Positions 40,506-50,277 of a stretch of 64,000 nucleotides of DNA are shown in pieces (positions within the stretch are counted from its first letter, which is position 1; every line of letters begins with the position of its first letter). Below the pieces are notes generated by a model. That model was not told where the DNA came from. It did no database searches and saw only the letters and a list, made by a program, of their open reading frames with translations. Source of the stretch: an uncultured virus (IMG/VR IMGVR_UViG_3300042868_008818) (Duplodnaviria > Heunggongvirae > Uroviricota > Caudoviricetes); IMG/VR virus record IMGVR_UViG_3300042868_008818, positions 1 to 64,000 of that record. One strand, given 5' to 3'. The position numbers and the translations under genes were made by a program.

Positions 40506-40891
40506 AATTTTATATTAAAACGATTACGCATTTGTTCTAACTTATCTTCAGGTACTCCATGTTGGTTTACTCCCCCATGCCTGTTTTCAACTACCACTGA
40601 AAAAACAGTATACCCATATTCTTTTGCCAATTCAAAGTATACTTCAAGTTCCCACTCTTGTGTTGAGGTATTGGAAACCACAATCTTTGGGTACTCCAAT
40701 ATCATGTCTGTTTTAACCATTCCTTGGCACCATTGGTGAGCATCTTTGATTTTAGTAAAATCAAAATTATATTCCCCATTCTCATTAATGAAGAACATAT
40801 CCGCTTCATAATGTTGTCCCCCCAAAGTTTTTGCAAATGTTGATTTTCCTGATCCCGGAATTCCTCTAACAATATATAATACTTTTTCCAT
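40502..40891 (-). CDS. P-loop kinase (polynucleotide-kinase-like, AAA_33)
   Basis: RGIPGSGKST, EADMFF, VSNT, HGVP. Confidence 0.85.
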   Translation of the reverse strand: MEKVLYIVRGIPGSGKSTFAKTLGGQHYEADMFFINENGEYNFDFTKIKDAHQWCQGMVKTDMILEYPKIVVSNTSTQEWELEVYFELAKEYGYTVFSVVVENRHGGVNQHGVPEDKLEQMRNRFNIKL

Positions 40892-40924
40892 ACCACAAAG
40901 ATATGATAAAAATTTTAATAAAAC

Positions 40925-40952
40925 AAAAAACCCACCTTTATGGGGTGGGTTT
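40925..40952. terminator. Intrinsic terminator
   Basis: aaacccacc...ggtgggttt. Confidence 0.75.
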
Positions 40953-40971
40953 AAAATATTATAATATTTTT

Positions 40972-41475
40972 TTATCTATTTCCGTCAAAGAAAAACATTT
41001 TTTGACGACAAAATAATTGATATCTTTGTTTTTTTCCGTCAGTCATTACCATTATTGTTTGGTCATAATCTACAACACCATTTTGGTCCATATTTTCTGT
41101 TGAAGTACCACCCTTTTGTAATAGCTGTTCAGCGGTAAAACCAAAACTGTCACCAGGTTTTAAGATAAAAGGGGTTTGTCTATCAATAATTTTCATGTTG
41201 TCATTCATAGGCATAATTTTCGTTATAGTGAGTGGTGCAGTTCCAGCGTTTCTAAGACCCCTGAATTTAAATTGAATTTTTTTTCCAAATTCAACTTCAC
41301 CATCTGGGTTACGCACAACCATTGTTCCTACTAAAGGCCCCTTACTCATTTCAGCCTGCTGAGCTCCCTGTGTTGAAGGATTTGGCATACCTATAGGTTC
41401 TTCACCTTGTTCATTAATAACTCGTCTAACGATACGAGCTAAATCTGACTCAGTTAATCTTACTATTCTTTTCAT
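40972..41475 (-). CDS. Leader-bearing Ig-like (DUF1573-like) protein
   Basis: MKRIVRLTESDLARIVRRVINE; F..RNAGTAPLTI...ILKPGDS. Confidence 0.6.
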   Translation of the reverse strand: MKRIVRLTESDLARIVRRVINEQGEEPIGMPNPSTQGAQQAEMSKGPLVGTMVVRNPDGEVEFGKKIQFKFRGLRNAGTAPLTITKIMPMNDNMKIIDRQTPFILKPGDSFGFTAEQLLQKGGTSTENMDQNGVVDYDQTIMVMTDGKKQRYQLFCRQKMFFFDGNR

Positions 41476-41628
41476 ATTAAAATGTATTTTTTTCTTTATT
41501 TATTATATAAATACCAACCTTCCTTAAAAAAATCAAAAAAAAAAAAGAAATCATTTCTAATTTCTTTTTAGGGTCGCACAAAGATTGTGTCGATCTTCCA
41601 CCACTTTGTTTTAAAGTTAACAAAGAAA

Positions 41629-41904
41629 CTATTTTGTTACAAGTGCTTCAATTTTACTCTTAACTTGTTCTACCATTGTTATTTCCTTTATGTTTGTAAC
41701 AATAACAGAGTCTTTTAGAATTCTATTAGGTATGTTAACAAAAAATGTATCCCCATTGAAGAATGTAAGGTCTTCTCCTAATTCAACACACCCGTGTATC
41801 ATTTTAAGGAACAATTTAAATTGTATTTGGTCCATGAAAGTTTCGTTGATAAGATCACCAAACTTTTCATTCATAACTCTAATATTAAAACCCGTCTTAT
41901 TCAT
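41629..41904 (-). CDS. Hypothetical protein
   Basis: Start MNKTG, 4 nt after TATATTTG. Confidence 0.7.
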   Translation of the reverse strand: MNKTGFNIRVMNEKFGDLINETFMDQIQFKLFLKMIHGCVELGEDLTFFNGDTFFVNIPNRILKDSVIVTNIKEITMVEQVKSKIEALVTK

Positions 41905-41951
41905 ACCACAAATATACATTATTTATTTAAAAACCACAAATTTTATTATAA

Positions 41952-42143
41952 TTAATTTTTCATTTCTAACCAAATTTCATTCAACTTGTCAATTGAGATC
42001 TCCTGACTAAGGTCTTCGTATCTGTTTGTTAGGATTTTAACAAACCGAATTCTTTCTTTAGCCAACTCAGGATTAAATCCCATTTCAATCAATGCGTCGC
42101 TAAGATGACTATTCACGGCAATATACAATTTAGTGCTTCTCAT
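41952..42143 (-). CDS. Hypothetical protein
   Basis: TATATTTG upstream. Confidence 0.65.
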   Translation of the reverse strand: MRSTKLYIAVNSHLSDALIEMGFNPELAKERIRFVKILTNRYEDLSQEISIDKLNEIWLEMKN

Positions 42144-42299
42144 ATTTTTTATTTAGACAAATATAAAAGAAAATATTAGATAAAAAAAATCCACAAAGAA
42201 ATTTTACAATTTTGTGGATTTAATTTTGATAAACCATTACTATTTTTGAAAGGGGTAATGTTTTTTGTGTTAAATAAATATATGGTACTTTAACAAAAA

Positions 42300-42725
42300 T
42301 CAATCTTTATTAAAGATATTTATAATTATTTTCTTAAAATCTTTGTTTTTTTCATTTAATGGGTTATTTGTTTTTGTAAAATACCCACATTTGGTATGTT
42401 CAAACCCATCTCTAGCCTTTTTTAGATCCGGATTAATTTCTTGATTTGTATTATATTGATATACATACATAAGACCTTTTTTAGTTTCTCCATCTCTTTT
42501 GTACATATTAAGAATGTCAACAATATTTAAATCACCTTTTAATTTAATATTAGTTTCCTCATAAAACTCCCTTATAGCCGCCTCTTTTGGGGTTTCATTT
42601 CCTTCAACCTTACCAGATGGTATGGACCATTCATTTGGTAAAGTTTTATTCGGTGACCTTTTACAAAGTAAAACTTTATCTTTGTTTTTTACCACCACAC
42701 CTGAATATCTGTTAAATTCTGCCAT
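42300..42725 (-). CDS. NUDIX hydrolase
   Basis: GKVEGNETPKEAAIREFYEETNI Nudix box; start MAEFN. Confidence 0.9.
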   Translation of the reverse strand: MAEFNRYSGVVVKNKDKVLLCKRSPNKTLPNEWSIPSGKVEGNETPKEAAIREFYEETNIKLKGDLNIVDILNMYKRDGETKKGLMYVYQYNTNQEINPDLKKARDGFEHTKCGYFTKTNNPLNEKNKDFKKIIINIFNKD

Positions 42726-42731
42726 GTTAAT

Positions 42732-42745
42732 ATATTTATAAATAT
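42732..42745. promoter_or_regulatory. Palindromic bidirectional TATTTAT promoter
   Basis: ATATTTATAAATAT lies between divergent ATGs only 18 nt apart. Confidence 0.6.
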
Positions 42746-43091
42746 GGATATAATCATAAATAATAACAAATACACAGTTAAACCTGTTATCACACAAAAA
42801 GATATCTCAAATGGAATGATGAATAAAAAATTCAATAATTCTTTTGATGGTATGTTATTTATTATGGAAGATGGTGATCATAGTTTTTGGATGAAAAACT
42901 GTATAATCCCTTTAGATATTATATTCATAAAAAATAACGAAGTAACGGAAATACACCACAACTGTCTTCCTTGTAAAGAAGAAGAGTGTGAAAGATTTGA
43001 AGGGTATGGTGATATGATATTAGAAATACCGGCAGGACATTGTGAAGAATATAATATCGTTGAGGGTAATAAGATTACTTTTCACTATTAA
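42744..43091 (+). CDS. DUF192 family protein
   Basis: GMLF, FWMKNC.IPLDIIF, LEIPAG. Confidence 0.85.
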   Translation: MDIIINNNKYTVKPVITQKDISNGMMNKKFNNSFDGMLFIMEDGDHSFWMKNCIIPLDIIFIKNNEVTEIHHNCLPCKEEECERFEGYGDMILEIPAGHCEEYNIVEGNKITFHY

Positions 43092-44454
43092 TCTTTGTTT
43101 GTAAAATTTCGTAAAACTTCTGTTGTATTTCTTTTGTTAGATCAACATAACTTTTTTGTCCATTCCCATCTTTTTTTCTATATAAAGAATTAATACCTGA
43201 AATATTAGTAATACATTTATGTCCACCTGAATTAGCATTTATGATGTCTCTACCATTTAACACAACTTTGTCCAATAGTGCAACTTGTTTTACACTTAAA
43301 TTTCTGTAAGGTCTATCCATTATATTTTCTATAATCGGGAACAATGTCTCTTTTCTACCAAAAACTTTTAAGGAAGGACTTTTGCCATATATCGCCATAA
43401 AGTCTTTGAATGTAAATCCGACTGATTTGAATGTTGCTTTTTGTTCTGAAACAACTTTTAATGTTGATAATGGGACTATAATACTTTCTAATTCTGGATT
43501 CATCTCATCCAAAACCTCATTTTTTATTTCACCTAAATCAACACCTTTAAGTGCTCTTTCTTTTTTATATGGGTTACAGGAAGCCTGAACTAATCCCATT
43601 GGCCAAGCAATAACTAAAAAGTCAGCGTCAGGATTATTTTTAAAAGGTGTGTATCTATCGTAAGATCCTTGTGGTGTCATATAACCTCCACCGTATTGTA
43701 CTAATATGTTTCCACTAACATTTACGTTAGGGCTAACATTCATACTTTGAATATATTTTTGTTGGTTTTGTGTTAGTTTTTCTTCATTATCAAAACCTTC
43801 TCTTTTCATTATAGATTTTATCTTAAGTAGTATATTAAGTAAAGAAGGTTTACAATCTAAAACTAATTCCTCTAAGAATCCTGGTTTGTTTTTAAATGCC
43901 AATAGTAATTTGTTTGCAACTAATCCCATTAACATTTTATTTCTTTTAACGTCAGAATTTCTATCTATCTTAAATAGATAATTTATAACTTCATCAACAG
44001 AAATATTATATTGAGCAAAATTTGCGGAGTCTACGGTAGAAATTAATGTAATATCTTCATTAGGGAATATTTCTTTAGGTGAAACACTTTGAGATATTGT
44101 CTCTACATTAGATCTTGAACTTCTAAAAGAAGTTGCAGTTCCGTCCTCAACTCCGGCTTGAGTGTCGTGGTGATCTGTATGAATAACAAACATTGGTTTA
44201 CCGTGAGCAAAATCAACTAAAACAGGCATTATATCACCTTTAGCGTCTAATTTTTTAATTGCAAACTCTTTATCTCCATATTGAATAATTTCAGCATCCA
44301 CAACATTTATGTTATTTGACTCTAAATATTCTTTCATCGCAATGGCGGTTGTTACACCATCTAAATCTTGATGAAAATAAATTTTTGCTTTAGGGTATCT
44401 TTTTGATAAATTTTTGATGTCTCTAATCCCCGATTCTTTAATTAGTCTTTTCAT
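43075..44454 (-). CDS. Leader-bearing DHH-family phosphoesterase
   Basis: MKRLIKE; HQDLDG, VDF, TDHH, GGH. Confidence 0.75.
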   Translation of the reverse strand: MKRLIKESGIRDIKNLSKRYPKAKIYFHQDLDGVTTAIAMKEYLESNNINVVDAEIIQYGDKEFAIKKLDAKGDIMPVLVDFAHGKPMFVIHTDHHDTQAGVEDGTATSFRSSRSNVETISQSVSPKEIFPNEDITLISTVDSANFAQYNISVDEVINYLFKIDRNSDVKRNKMLMGLVANKLLLAFKNKPGFLEELVLDCKPSLLNILLKIKSIMKREGFDNEEKLTQNQQKYIQSMNVSPNVNVSGNILVQYGGGYMTPQGSYDRYTPFKNNPDADFLVIAWPMGLVQASCNPYKKERALKGVDLGEIKNEVLDEMNPELESIIVPLSTLKVVSEQKATFKSVGFTFKDFMAIYGKSPSLKVFGRKETLFPIIENIMDRPYRNLSVKQVALLDKVVLNGRDIINANSGGHKCITNISGINSLYRKKDGNGQKSYVDLTKEIQQKFYEILQTKINSEK

Positions 44455-44489
44455 ACTAAATAAATACCATATAAAATAAAAAATCCCAT

Positions 44490-45341
44490 TTATGAAAATG
44501 GGATTTCTTTTATTTGACCTAATGTTTTAAAATATTCAACTCTTGTTTTGGCAATCTCAGTATAATTTGGCGATAACTCAATACCCAACCATCTACGCCC
44601 CAATATCTCTGCAGCTACCAAACTTGTTCCTGACCCAGCAAATGGGTCTAATACTACATCGTTTTTGTAGGACAATATTTTAATCGCCTTTGTTGGGATG
44701 TCCATTGAGAAGGTCGCCTTGGTGAGTGATTTAGTATCTGCAAAGTAATTCCACTGACCAAAAACAAGTTCCATAAATTCTTTCTTATCTTGTTCTTCAT
44801 ATACCACTTTATTTTTTATGGTTCCATCCTCCTGAATAATTTCAGTTGGTGTTCCCTTCCACTGTGGTTCTCCTTTAACCTTTTTTATGTGTAATTTTTT
44901 ATACGCCAAAATAACACATTCTTTTGGATTATATATATAAGGACTTGACGGTGACATCCAAGATCCCCACGCAGTTGTTTTACTACGATGAGGTGATTGT
45001 TCTTCAAGGTCAACAATACCAAAGAACCCAAACCCTATCTCTTTCATTATTTGATACATCTCAGAAACAAAAAAGATTCTTCCTCCTTTCTTTTGTCTGT
45101 TAATTTCATACGGTATGTTTAACGCAATTCTACCATCATCTTTTAACACATTATAGGCTTCAGTTAACCAATTCCTTGCAAAGACCAAGTATTCTTGAAA
45201 CTCCACGTCATCATCATGAGTATCATAAGCAATACCAACACCGTATGGTGGTGAGGTAACAATTAAATCAACACAACCTTCAGGTAAGGTTTTCATCACT
45301 TCAACACAATCTCCAGTTATTATTTTTCCTGTTTCTATCAT
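44490..45341 (-). CDS. DNA methyltransferase, beta class (N4-C/N6-A)
   Basis: VTSPPY, VLDPFAGSGTS, GIELS. Confidence 0.92.
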   Translation of the reverse strand: MIETGKIITGDCVEVMKTLPEGCVDLIVTSPPYGVGIAYDTHDDDVEFQEYLVFARNWLTEAYNVLKDDGRIALNIPYEINRQKKGGRIFFVSEMYQIMKEIGFGFFGIVDLEEQSPHRSKTTAWGSWMSPSSPYIYNPKECVILAYKKLHIKKVKGEPQWKGTPTEIIQEDGTIKNKVVYEEQDKKEFMELVFGQWNYFADTKSLTKATFSMDIPTKAIKILSYKNDVVLDPFAGSGTSLVAAEILGRRWLGIELSPNYTEIAKTRVEYFKTLGQIKEIPFS

Positions 45342-45342
45342 A

Positions 45343-46272
45343 TTATTTTTTATATTGTCTTTCCAAGTAATCGAACAAATTTAAAAACTTTGGTGTTTCT
45401 CCATCTTTTTTAAGGTAATAATCCCCCATTTTAAAACAATTAAGTCCGTACTTTCTATCATGACCTAACCTATCCTCAACGTGTTTAATTTCAACTTCTT
45501 TATTTAGAATATAAGAAATCTTTTTAATAATGTCCAAATTTGTTAATCTAAAAGTTGTCCCAATATTATATATGTCATTTACAACCTCATCATCAAATAA
45601 AAGATCACAAATAACTTTAACATTATCATAAACATACATCCACTCCCTTACTTGTTTACCATCACCGTATACCGGTATTGAGTTTCCATTATTAATGGAT
45701 CTAGCAATTGTTGGTAAAAATTTCTCCTCAAACTGGTGTTCGCCAAAATTATTACATGTTCTTGTAATTAAGTATGGTAACCCATAAGTCCTATTTGCTG
45801 CCAAAACCAACATATCTGATGCGGTTTTAGTTGCGGAATAATATGAACTTGGTTTTAAATGGTCAGTTTCTAACGCAGTATGGTTAATTGCAATATGTTC
45901 ATCCATATCACCATATACCTCATCGGTTGAGATATGTATAAACTTTTTAAGTTTTTTATTTTTTCTTGATATCTCAAGTAGATTAAAGGTTCCTTCAACA
46001 TTTGTTCTAACAAACGGTAACCCATTAGTAATTGAGTTATCTACATGTGATTCGGCAGCAAAGTGAACAATGTAATCAAACTCACCAAGATCCTCACTTG
46101 TAACATTACATATGTCTTTATGTAAAAATGGTACATTGTGTTTAAGGTTTTTTCTACGACCAGCATATGTAAGTTTATCAACACAAAGAACATCACATTC
46201 AAAGTTATCTAATAGGTGATTTATAAATGCGGAACCTATAAATCCGGCACCTCCTGTTACTACTATTCTCAT
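45343..46272 (-). CDS. rmlB: dTDP-glucose 4,6-dehydratase
   Basis: GGAGFIG, DKLTYAG, FAAESHVD, STDEVYG, YSATK, GHDRKY. Confidence 0.93.
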   Translation of the reverse strand: MRIVVTGGAGFIGSAFINHLLDNFECDVLCVDKLTYAGRRKNLKHNVPFLHKDICNVTSEDLGEFDYIVHFAAESHVDNSITNGLPFVRTNVEGTFNLLEISRKNKKLKKFIHISTDEVYGDMDEHIAINHTALETDHLKPSSYYSATKTASDMLVLAANRTYGLPYLITRTCNNFGEHQFEEKFLPTIARSINNGNSIPVYGDGKQVREWMYVYDNVKVICDLLFDDEVVNDIYNIGTTFRLTNLDIIKKISYILNKEVEIKHVEDRLGHDRKYGLNCFKMGDYYLKKDGETPKFLNLFDYLERQYKK

Positions 46273-46484
46273 TTTTTCTCTAATGTTTCAATATGATGTT
46301 GCAAATACCAAAGAGCCTTTTTAAGGTCCTCAAGTTCTTTGTCTTTATTTTTTTTACCTGCTCTTGATATGTATTTTACGGTGTTCCCTAAACTAAAACC
46401 CAAATCCCAAGCATCAATGACTTTGATTGCTTCGTATGGATTTTCTTCACCACCGTAATGGTTGGGGTGATTAACTTGTTCCAT
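46269..46484 (-). CDS. DUF3310 protein (T7 gp1.7-like nucleotide kinase family)
   Basis: VNHPNHY, GNTVKYISRAGKK, EDLKKALWYL. Confidence 0.88.
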   Translation of the reverse strand: MEQVNHPNHYGGEENPYEAIKVIDAWDLGFSLGNTVKYISRAGKKNKDKELEDLKKALWYLQHHIETLEKK

Positions 46485-47255
46485 TTAAATCGTTTCTTTT
46501 TCTTTTTTAAAATTTTCTGAGATTTTTTTCTGATTAATATATGAAATCAGTTTTCTTTTAAAGATAGGTAACAATGTTTCCTGTATTGGAAAAATCCCTT
46601 TACTTGTCATTTCAAAAACCGGTAACTTATTATTTTCAGAATTCCATATTGAAAAATTATTAATTATTTTCGTAAATGTCAAATCTTTAACGTCAGAATA
46701 AATTAAATTTACCTTTGTTTTACTTTCCATGGAACCTTTGGCCGCCGGTTTTATGTTATATTCCCAAACATGTATTTTATTATCTGATGTGTTGTTGAAG
46801 TAGAAGTACCCGGTGTCTGACAGGGTTTCTTTTGCTCTTCTATTTGGTTTTATGTCCACATTCTCATAAACTATTGTCCAAACAGATTTTGCTATGTTAA
46901 AATACTCTAACATTCTAGGGGCACTATAACTTAATATTTGTATAAATTCTTTTGATTCATCATCATTTAGTTCGGGTATCTCTTTTAACTTTAGATCCTT
47001 AACTAATAACTCATCGTCTACTGAGTCTAATTTCTTATTTGTGTAGATAATTTTTTTATCTTTAATAAGTGTCTGCAAATTTGCGAGATGTAATGAAAGT
47101 TCTATAAACCCAGGATAAAGTTCCATCTTATCGAGTTTATCTCCCATTTTTTGAAAGTACGACAATAATTTATATTCTTTGTGTTCTCTGTCAATTGGTT
47201 TTTCGAACATCCAATCGGTGTCCATCAAAAATTCTATTTTCTTTTTTCTTCTCAT
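46485..47255 (-). CDS. Hypothetical protein
   Basis: 256 aa ORF. Confidence 0.75.
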   Translation of the reverse strand: MRRKKKIEFLMDTDWMFEKPIDREHKEYKLLSYFQKMGDKLDKMELYPGFIELSLHLANLQTLIKDKKIIYTNKKLDSVDDELLVKDLKLKEIPELNDDESKEFIQILSYSAPRMLEYFNIAKSVWTIVYENVDIKPNRRAKETLSDTGYFYFNNTSDNKIHVWEYNIKPAAKGSMESKTKVNLIYSDVKDLTFTKIINNFSIWNSENNKLPVFEMTSKGIFPIQETLLPIFKRKLISYINQKKISENFKKEKETI

Positions 47256-47294
47256 TTGACATAATAATAATCATAATTTGTTAATCAGTAAATA

Positions 47295-48800
47295 TTAGTC
47301 TATTCTCATTACAACATAATCAGTACCATTGATGTTAACTGTATCATAAGTACCATCATAACCATTTAAATCACCATAATCCCCATTTCTAACTAAATCA
47401 TCTAATAACTCTCTTGTATCAATAAAATCGAAAATATCCCCACCCATATTATCTAACCATCCGGCTGGATCATAACCTATCTCATTTTCTAAGTAATTAT
47501 CAACCGCCTCTTCAATACTACTTTCGTCAGGATCCCCATCAGGACTTTCTTTTATATCATCTATCTCTGAGTCTATTTCACTAATCCTATTTTCACGATC
47601 GGTTTCATGTTCTTCGGTGTCCTCATCGTCATATAATTGTCTTGGTGGAACAACTTGACCCTCCTTATATAATATCGAATTATTTCCTTCTCTTCTATAT
47701 TGTAATTCATTATCCTCAGAATCATAAAAATCAAATGTTCCGTCTTTTTCTTTTGATGGGTACATAATTGGAGCCCTTACTCCTTCGTTTTCGTAAACCC
47801 ATTTTTCCATTTCTAGTAACCAAATTTCTTCTTCTTGAGAATTACTTAATTCTTTTTCAACCCCGTAACTATCAGGTTCATCTCTTATCCATTCTTCTAC
47901 AGAATCCCTATAATATTCTTTTATTTTATCTTCATCAACATAACTTGATAGAGTTTCTTTAGAAAAATAATTATCAAGGTCATCAATTTGTTGTTCATAA
48001 TAATCCTCCAATGAATCATCGGCTTCCCTATATTCACCAACCGCAAATCTCATTTGTGTTGACAATGACTCAAACTCGGCCAAATTATAATGGGAACCTG
48101 CCGGATATAGATCATATACATCAACTCTATCTGATAATAAATCATCTCTTTCTTCTTCAAGTTCTGATTGTTTGTCTGTAATCTCATCAAATTTTTCACT
48201 ATAGTTTTCGTCACCAGAATCTAAATTTTCTTGTTCTTCCTCAAGTGATTGTATTTCTTCTTCTATTTCTCTTACCCTTTCTTTATCATCATCATCAAGA
48301 GATTGTAAATGACCGTCATTTACCGCATATTGAAAAACCGCATTGGCTCTTGGACTTTCGTAACCAGTATTTTCTATATCCCAATCACCATCTTCTCTTT
48401 TTTCATTTTGTTCATTATATTTGGCTTGTAGTTGTCTTCTTTCAATAACCTTTTCGTAAGGGGTTTGCCAAAAAGTTTTATGTCCCGTAACCTTAACATC
48501 ATCCAATGATTTAACATTTGTGTATGAAACATTCAAACCTCCTTCAACCTCAATGTCCCCAATTTTATAAATCTTTTGTTTACCATCAACATTACTAAGA
48601 TTAAGGTCACCTTTAACAACAAGTTTTTTACCCCTAAATTTTGGTAAATAAGGTATTGCATGAGCCATAAAACCAACTTGTCTTAAATATTGCATATATT
48701 GTTCAGGTGAAATATAAACTTTTTCAATTTCATCTTCTTTAATTAATTTAAGAATAATACTAACAAGTTTATTTTCAGTAAGTCTTATTTTCTTTTTCAT
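47295..48800 (-). CDS. Leader-bearing highly acidic protein
   Basis: MKKKIRLTENKLVSIILKLIKE; V.G.LN.S repeats; coiled coils; TATTTAT 6 nt upstream. Confidence 0.8.
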   Translation of the reverse strand: MKKKIRLTENKLVSIILKLIKEDEIEKVYISPEQYMQYLRQVGFMAHAIPYLPKFRGKKLVVKGDLNLSNVDGKQKIYKIGDIEVEGGLNVSYTNVKSLDDVKVTGHKTFWQTPYEKVIERRQLQAKYNEQNEKREDGDWDIENTGYESPRANAVFQYAVNDGHLQSLDDDDKERVREIEEEIQSLEEEQENLDSGDENYSEKFDEITDKQSELEEERDDLLSDRVDVYDLYPAGSHYNLAEFESLSTQMRFAVGEYREADDSLEDYYEQQIDDLDNYFSKETLSSYVDEDKIKEYYRDSVEEWIRDEPDSYGVEKELSNSQEEEIWLLEMEKWVYENEGVRAPIMYPSKEKDGTFDFYDSEDNELQYRREGNNSILYKEGQVVPPRQLYDDEDTEEHETDRENRISEIDSEIDDIKESPDGDPDESSIEEAVDNYLENEIGYDPAGWLDNMGGDIFDFIDTRELLDDLVRNGDYGDLNGYDGTYDTVNINGTDYVVMRID

Positions 48801-48881
48801 ATAACAATAAATATGAAACATTTACAAATAAGACAATAGACTGATATTTATGTTTAAATAAACATTAAAAAACAATTTGTT

Positions 48882-49025
48882 ATGGGATGTGGTTGTAAAA
48901 ATAAAGGAAATCAACAAGCTTCAGCTCCTCAACAGGCGGCAAGACCTCAAAATGAACAGGTTAAAAATCAATCAGTTCAAGAGTCAGTAAAGAAGATAGT
49001 TGAAAAATATTATAATAAAAAGTAA
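48882..49025 (+). CDS. Small MGCGCK-type protein (47 aa)
   Basis: Hand translation MGCGCKNKGNQQASAPQQAARPQNEQVKNQSVQESVKKIVEKYYNKK; TATTTAT upstream, hairpin downstream. Confidence 0.7.
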   Translation: MGCGCKNKGNQQASAPQQAARPQNEQVKNQSVQESVKKIVEKYYNKK

Positions 49026-49089
49026 TTAATTTCCTTTGGCCAAAGAAATTAAGGTGGATTTTTTTTCCACCTTTTTTGTATTTATAATT

Positions 49090-50202
49090 ATGGACAATTC
49101 AAACTTAAAAGAACTAATTGAACTATTCAATAATGGGTATTGGGAAAAGAGCGTAAAACCATACTTTAAAAGAGTCCGTACTTTTTTAAAGTACGTTGCA
49201 GTAAAAGGTTTATCTGAAGAAATTAGTGTTGAGGTATTAGATAGTGAAGATTATAATGAAGGTCCTGATTTTTTTGGGTTTTTAAATGAGAATGGTTATT
49301 TAAAAGGAAAAGAATATGATGACTTTGATAATGAACTTAGAAATTACTTTTTATCTTATTGGATTTCAGTTGCTCCAAATAACGCATTTAAATATATAAC
49401 GGATAATATTATAACCGATGTAGAAATTAGAGATGATGGATTTTGGTTATATTTAAGGGATCGAGATGAATTGGCCCCTCTTTTTGATGGTAGAGGTCGT
49501 AATGCGACGGCTAGAAATGTTGCCGAACATGTTTTTGGTGAAGATATGTGGGAACCTTATTGGGACACAACATCTGACGTATATAGTGATGTAATTGAGG
49601 AACTTGATGAATCTAACTATAGACATTTAGAAAATTATATTTTAAAAATGATCGGTAATCAGGATTTGGTTGTTGACGATTATAGTTCTGATTTTTTTCA
49701 TGATTTGGCAAAGTCTCAAAATAGAGGCGAGTTTTTTATGATAACCCAAAATGATGTTAATGAGTTACTAAAGGATTCTGAGGCAATGAACGAACTTCTT
49801 GATGGTGATCTATCCGATTTAAAAAGTGAATTATATTCTATACATAATAACGCCTATAATAATGCATATCAAGATGAATGTTACGAACTTGTTTATGGTG
49901 GTCTTGAGGAATTTTTTTCCTCTAAGATTGAGGACGTTCAGATTAAGTCAGGAGATAAAACAAAATGGTCATCGTATATTAAGATCGGGGATTTTAAAAG
50001 GGATATTATGGAATTTATTGGCCTTGAGGGTGGTAGTGGATATAATGAATCAAATTTAGAATACTGGGGTGGTTATGTTAATATGTTAGGACATCTAATG
50101 GATAATGATGTATATGACGAAATTGACTTTAGAGTACCTGATTATGCAGATTGGACCTATATTAGAAAAAATATAAACGATCTTTTTACAGACTATATAT
50201 AA
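49090..50202 (+). CDS. Acidic hypothetical protein
   Basis: Start MDNSN, 4 nt after TATTTAT. Confidence 0.8.
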   Translation: MDNSNLKELIELFNNGYWEKSVKPYFKRVRTFLKYVAVKGLSEEISVEVLDSEDYNEGPDFFGFLNENGYLKGKEYDDFDNELRNYFLSYWISVAPNNAFKYITDNIITDVEIRDDGFWLYLRDRDELAPLFDGRGRNATARNVAEHVFGEDMWEPYWDTTSDVYSDVIEELDESNYRHLENYILKMIGNQDLVVDDYSSDFFHDLAKSQNRGEFFMITQNDVNELLKDSEAMNELLDGDLSDLKSELYSIHNNAYNNAYQDECYELVYGGLEEFFSSKIEDVQIKSGDKTKWSSYIKIGDFKRDIMEFIGLEGGSGYNESNLEYWGGYVNMLGHLMDNDVYDEIDFRVPDYADWTYIRKNINDLFTDYI

Positions 50203-50277
50203 TACGTTTTTTAAACTAAATCACTTAACTATTTATATATTAAAATAAAACTCATATCCATTATAAAAAAATAGATT

